From Asterias rubens (taxonomy: Eukaryota), in the NCBI RefSeq assembly GCF_902459465.1, contig NC_047071.1, positions 10,354,001 through 10,418,000 of the forward strand: a stretch of DNA of 64,000 nucleotides. The letters are read 5' to 3'. The notes under the pieces are model-generated. The model saw only the letters and a list, made by a program, of their open reading frames with translations, did no database searches and was not told where the DNA came from. The position numbers were made by a program, and so were the translations under genes. Positions 60,433 through 64,000 of this stretch are shown here, piece after piece. Position 1 is the stretch's first letter. Each line of letters starts with the position of its first letter.

Positions 60433-62067
60433 AGAGAGAATCCTGCATAAATGAAAACATGCATTTTACATGTACCTTGTTTTCTTTTAACCAACATCGT
60501 TTTTATGCACTTATTCGTACTGCAATACAAAATTACAGTCCCTTTGGCTGCAATCCTGGGACTGCTGCAAGGCCATTTTACTGCATATATTTCGGATTTG
60601 CAAGTTTGGGTCCCGCAAAATATTCACAAATTGTGCAGCGTGCGTTATCAGTGATCAGATCAGGCCAGTTTGGGCACAAACAGAACTCTGCTTTAAATCT
60701 AAAGATTTAAATGCTAAGTGTTTTTTTTCTCAATGTAAAACCGGTTGTACACAAGGTTGCATTGTGACAGTAGAATAAATGCAAAACACATGTACTTTTG
60801 AAATACCATTCACTCAATAAAAACATATTTTTTAATGTTTGGGGCCAAAACCCTGACATAGCATCTTTAATCATCTGATTAACAGGTAGTTTTCATCATT
60901 ACTGTGTGTAAGCCTAACTGTACATTGTAATGCAAAACTTCATACCCGTATTATAGTGAATAGTTTCAAGTGTTGGCTTCATGTACATGTAGCTTTGATG
61001 TTTAAGTGCGTGTACACATAGTTATTTAATACGTGTGTACAAGTTTAAAAACCAAATTAGCCAAAGTGAATCACTGAAAATGAAATGTTTTTATAAGCTC
61101 CTAACAGGCATCAAATGTTGTTAGCCCTGGTTCTCTTTGCTTGAACCTGGAGAGCATCGAGGGGAAGCTAGTATCAGGTGCCTCCCATGAGACTGACATC
61201 CATAGGATAAATTTATTCCTTCATCAGTTAATAGTCCCCGGTCATGTTTCACCAGCTGTTTGTACAACCCATTTAAAGGTTTCACAGGTCTGCAAATTAT
61301 GTGACGGAGGTTAGGATTCTAGGAATGAGAGACGTGTACACAAATCCTATGATGATAAAATGTACACTGATTGTAGGGCTTGAGTCTCTTGGTGCGGTAT
61401 TTTTGACCAACTCCTTTATGTCCGGTTTGTACTTCCTGCGAATGCGAATGCGAATTTTTATGTCTCGGGGCTGTTTTCGCAAAACGTTTTGCAGAATTTG
61501 AACACAGTAAAACTGTTGTGAATGATTTGGTGCAAATTTTGTGACGTAAACCAAGCCTCAAACAATGTGGACCCTGCATCATCTCTCTGGTAACCTCTTT
61601 TTGTTAGACATTCAGTCTCCTTTTTGTTTATCAGGTACTTTCCTCTTGCCTGTCTGATCATCATCGGTTGTGGTCTCCCCATTACAGTGTAGTCATAGTG
61701 AAATCAATGTTTCTTTCGTTTTATTGATTTTAAGCCAAAAATCCTGTTTCTATTTGTGTCAGGTATTGTGTTGGAGGAGACTACTATGCAAATTTGCTTC
61801 TTCCAGGAGACAAGGTTTTCCACCACTAGCAATAGTGTCTGGCTCTTTCATCACTAATCTACCCTGTACCATACATGTCCCTTTTACACTCTACGCTCAT
61901 TAATTATCTTGTAGTTGTGTACAATGATGAATTAATTATTGATTTCTAATAAATATTACACGGAAAAGCCCCCCTTCCCCCCTGAATTGTCTCTCATCTG
62001 TAAAGCCCAAGAAAATTCTAGTAAATGTTCTGAACTGTTTGACACCATTGTGTGTACAGTACAAGTA

Positions 62068-62258
62068 CCCGGACCTGATACTTCACGGAGGCAACAAAGG
62101 CGATCGCCTCCGTTCCCCCTGGTCATTGCCTATGTGCCCGTGAAATGCTCAACAGTAGAAATTTACAATTTCCTTAAAAGGGTGCCCTTTACCAAGGAGA
62201 AAATGCCTTGGTGCCCTTGCCCTTTCAACAACGAAGCATACATGTACAATGTATAGGC
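62068..62258 (+). repeat. Dispersed repeat (GGTCATTGCC...GGTGCCCTTGCCCTTTCAA...AGGCCT); copies or fragments at 58120-58328, 7866-7960, 26110-26180
   Basis: Shared blocks GATCGCCTCCGTTCCCCCTGGTCATTGCC and GGAGAAAATGCCTTGGTGCCCTTGCCCTTTCAA. Confidence 0.65.
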
Positions 62259-64000
62259 CTGAGTAGGCCTACTATGGTTTAACATCCCAATGATGCATTA
62301 CACTTAAGCAGTACTTCCTGTGTAAATATTAGTGGTTTCTCCTTGACACAGTATACTGTTTCTTAATGTCTTCCCCAAGACACCTCAATGAGGATTTGAT
62401 TAACGATGTCCGGTCGGATTATTTATCAGGAAGAAAATTCCATAAATATTAAGACAGTCCGCTGTGCTCGGATGCCTCCGCCTTGACGATGTAGCACCTC
62501 TATCGTGACTTGAATATCCACTTTGTGTTTGATGATCAGATGCTTGAGTTTGATGGTTGTTTTATTTACATGTACAATGTAGTTAACCTAAACTCTATCA
62601 ACATTTGCCTACTGTGACTTCAATGCTCATACCTGTAGGTCTTCAATCCTCAAATATGTTTTTAATCCTTCAACATCCTTAGTCCTCCATTATCCTCACT
62701 CTTCCAATATCTTTAGTTCTCCATTTTCCTGAATCCTTCAAAAATCATGTGTACAATGTACAATGATGTGCCTATACTGTGCACAAGTAATTTTTATACG
62801 TTGCCTGTTTTCCAACAAGGCTTTTTCTCAATTCAGTTCTATTGTAAAACTGAGGCAAAAACCGACTGTGAACCCATCGTTCATAATGTGCAGGAATGAT
62901 TTCATCCGGCAGTTGTGAATCTAGAGTACATATATAATCACTGTTTGCAAGTATCAGCCATGTGTGTGTAGAGCCTCGAATTTTTATTTCATTTGTATTG
63001 TGTTAAAATGCCATGTTTGAATGAATGTCATTGCCGTGACAATAGTACAGTAGATATAATGCTTTTCACTGCTGTCCCCAATTTGAGGCTTCACGTACGC
63101 AAAAGTTGGGACCGGGAAAAGGGCATTGAGTAGCGAATGGTGAGCCTATTTCTTGATAGCAAAGTCCCGATACATTTTGCGTAGCTTTTTTTTGCTGGTT
63201 CTTCACTACATGTACTTTATAATGAACAAGGGAAAATCTTTCACTGATCATGTACATTTGATTGTCTTACTTACAATGAATACATGGGCCGCAGACTTTT
63301 TGTGATGATGACTTGCAGTTCATCTGTACATGTAGGCCTGTTTACACAATCATACAAATTGTATTATTGTACAACACACCAGATTAATAGCAGTTGGTTT
63401 GTATGCTTATTCTACGTATTAAGTTAAACATGCAACATCCATCACTCCTTATCCCGTCTCAATCAAGGAGGGAGGACACCAAACTACGTCATCCCTTAAT
63501 AGTAGCGATGATTCGTACGGTGATGAAACAAGACATCTCCTTGTATTATGCAGAGGTTGTTTCCCATCCCCCCTCCTCCTCCTCTCATCGAAGCGATAGA
63601 CTAGAGGAATGTGTCATTCGTATGCCTCACCGGTTGCTTAACTTACAAATTTCTCAGGCTGATGTTGTCAAGGTTATAGCGGACGCACGGTCCATACACT
63701 CATGATGCATTGTGGAATCATCTACTTAGACCTCTTTTTAACTCACCCTTTACCATGGTAATGGACTGAGCCATAACAACTGCAAACAGATCCCTTAAGA
63801 GGTTATACATTGAGGCAATCGGTTTTTCGTTCAGCTACATGCACGTGTGCTGTATCTTGACACTGGCGGATGAAAAATAATGCATAATGACGACCACGGG
63901 TTGTTCTGCCACATGTGTGATGTCGGGTGTATAGCCTGAATGGTTATGGCTTTATGTACAAGAATGCAACTTAGTTAGTCACTGAAGTCGGATGTTGCCT

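Noticed and set aside
63394-63705. 103-aa ORF near the window end
   Set aside because: It has a non-ATG start, no recognisable domain and no convincing splice-site pair.

Overview
AT-rich, intron-rich animal genomic DNA. It is most consistent with an invertebrate deuterostome such as an echinoderm, but that taxon call is inference only. Seven spliced protein-coding genes were rebuilt by hand from GT-AG junctions with consistent phases: the 3' part of SKIC3/TTC37 (+, 33-8316), SUGP1 (-, 9644-16592), SMN (+, 18009-25308, 295 aa, head-to-head with SUGP1), SERF (-, 27599-29901, 61 aa, tail-to-tail with SMN), a BTB-BACK-Kelch protein (+, 31289-34732), an Rv2258c-like wHTH/SAM methyltransferase (+, 37150-41701), and a single-coding-exon TIR protein resembling TICAM/TRIF/TRAM (-, 44382-46268). 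The last ~17 kb has no recognisable coding exon. Introns and intergenic DNA contain TTAA-flanked Kolobok-type MITEs, tRNA-derived SINEs, L2 and Penelope-like remnants and local duplications. The most unusual signals are: (1) a 14-unit 108-bp array that copies a SKIC3 exon end plus its 5' splice site, next to exons starting with AG|GTAAG; (2) a TICAM-like TIR adaptor with a Cys/Gln/Asn repeat array fused to its TIR domain; (3) SMN-SERF adjacency, as in the human SMA locus, in a neighbourhood whose human homologues lie on 5q/19p13/15q. All homology calls are from remembered family motifs; no search was run.
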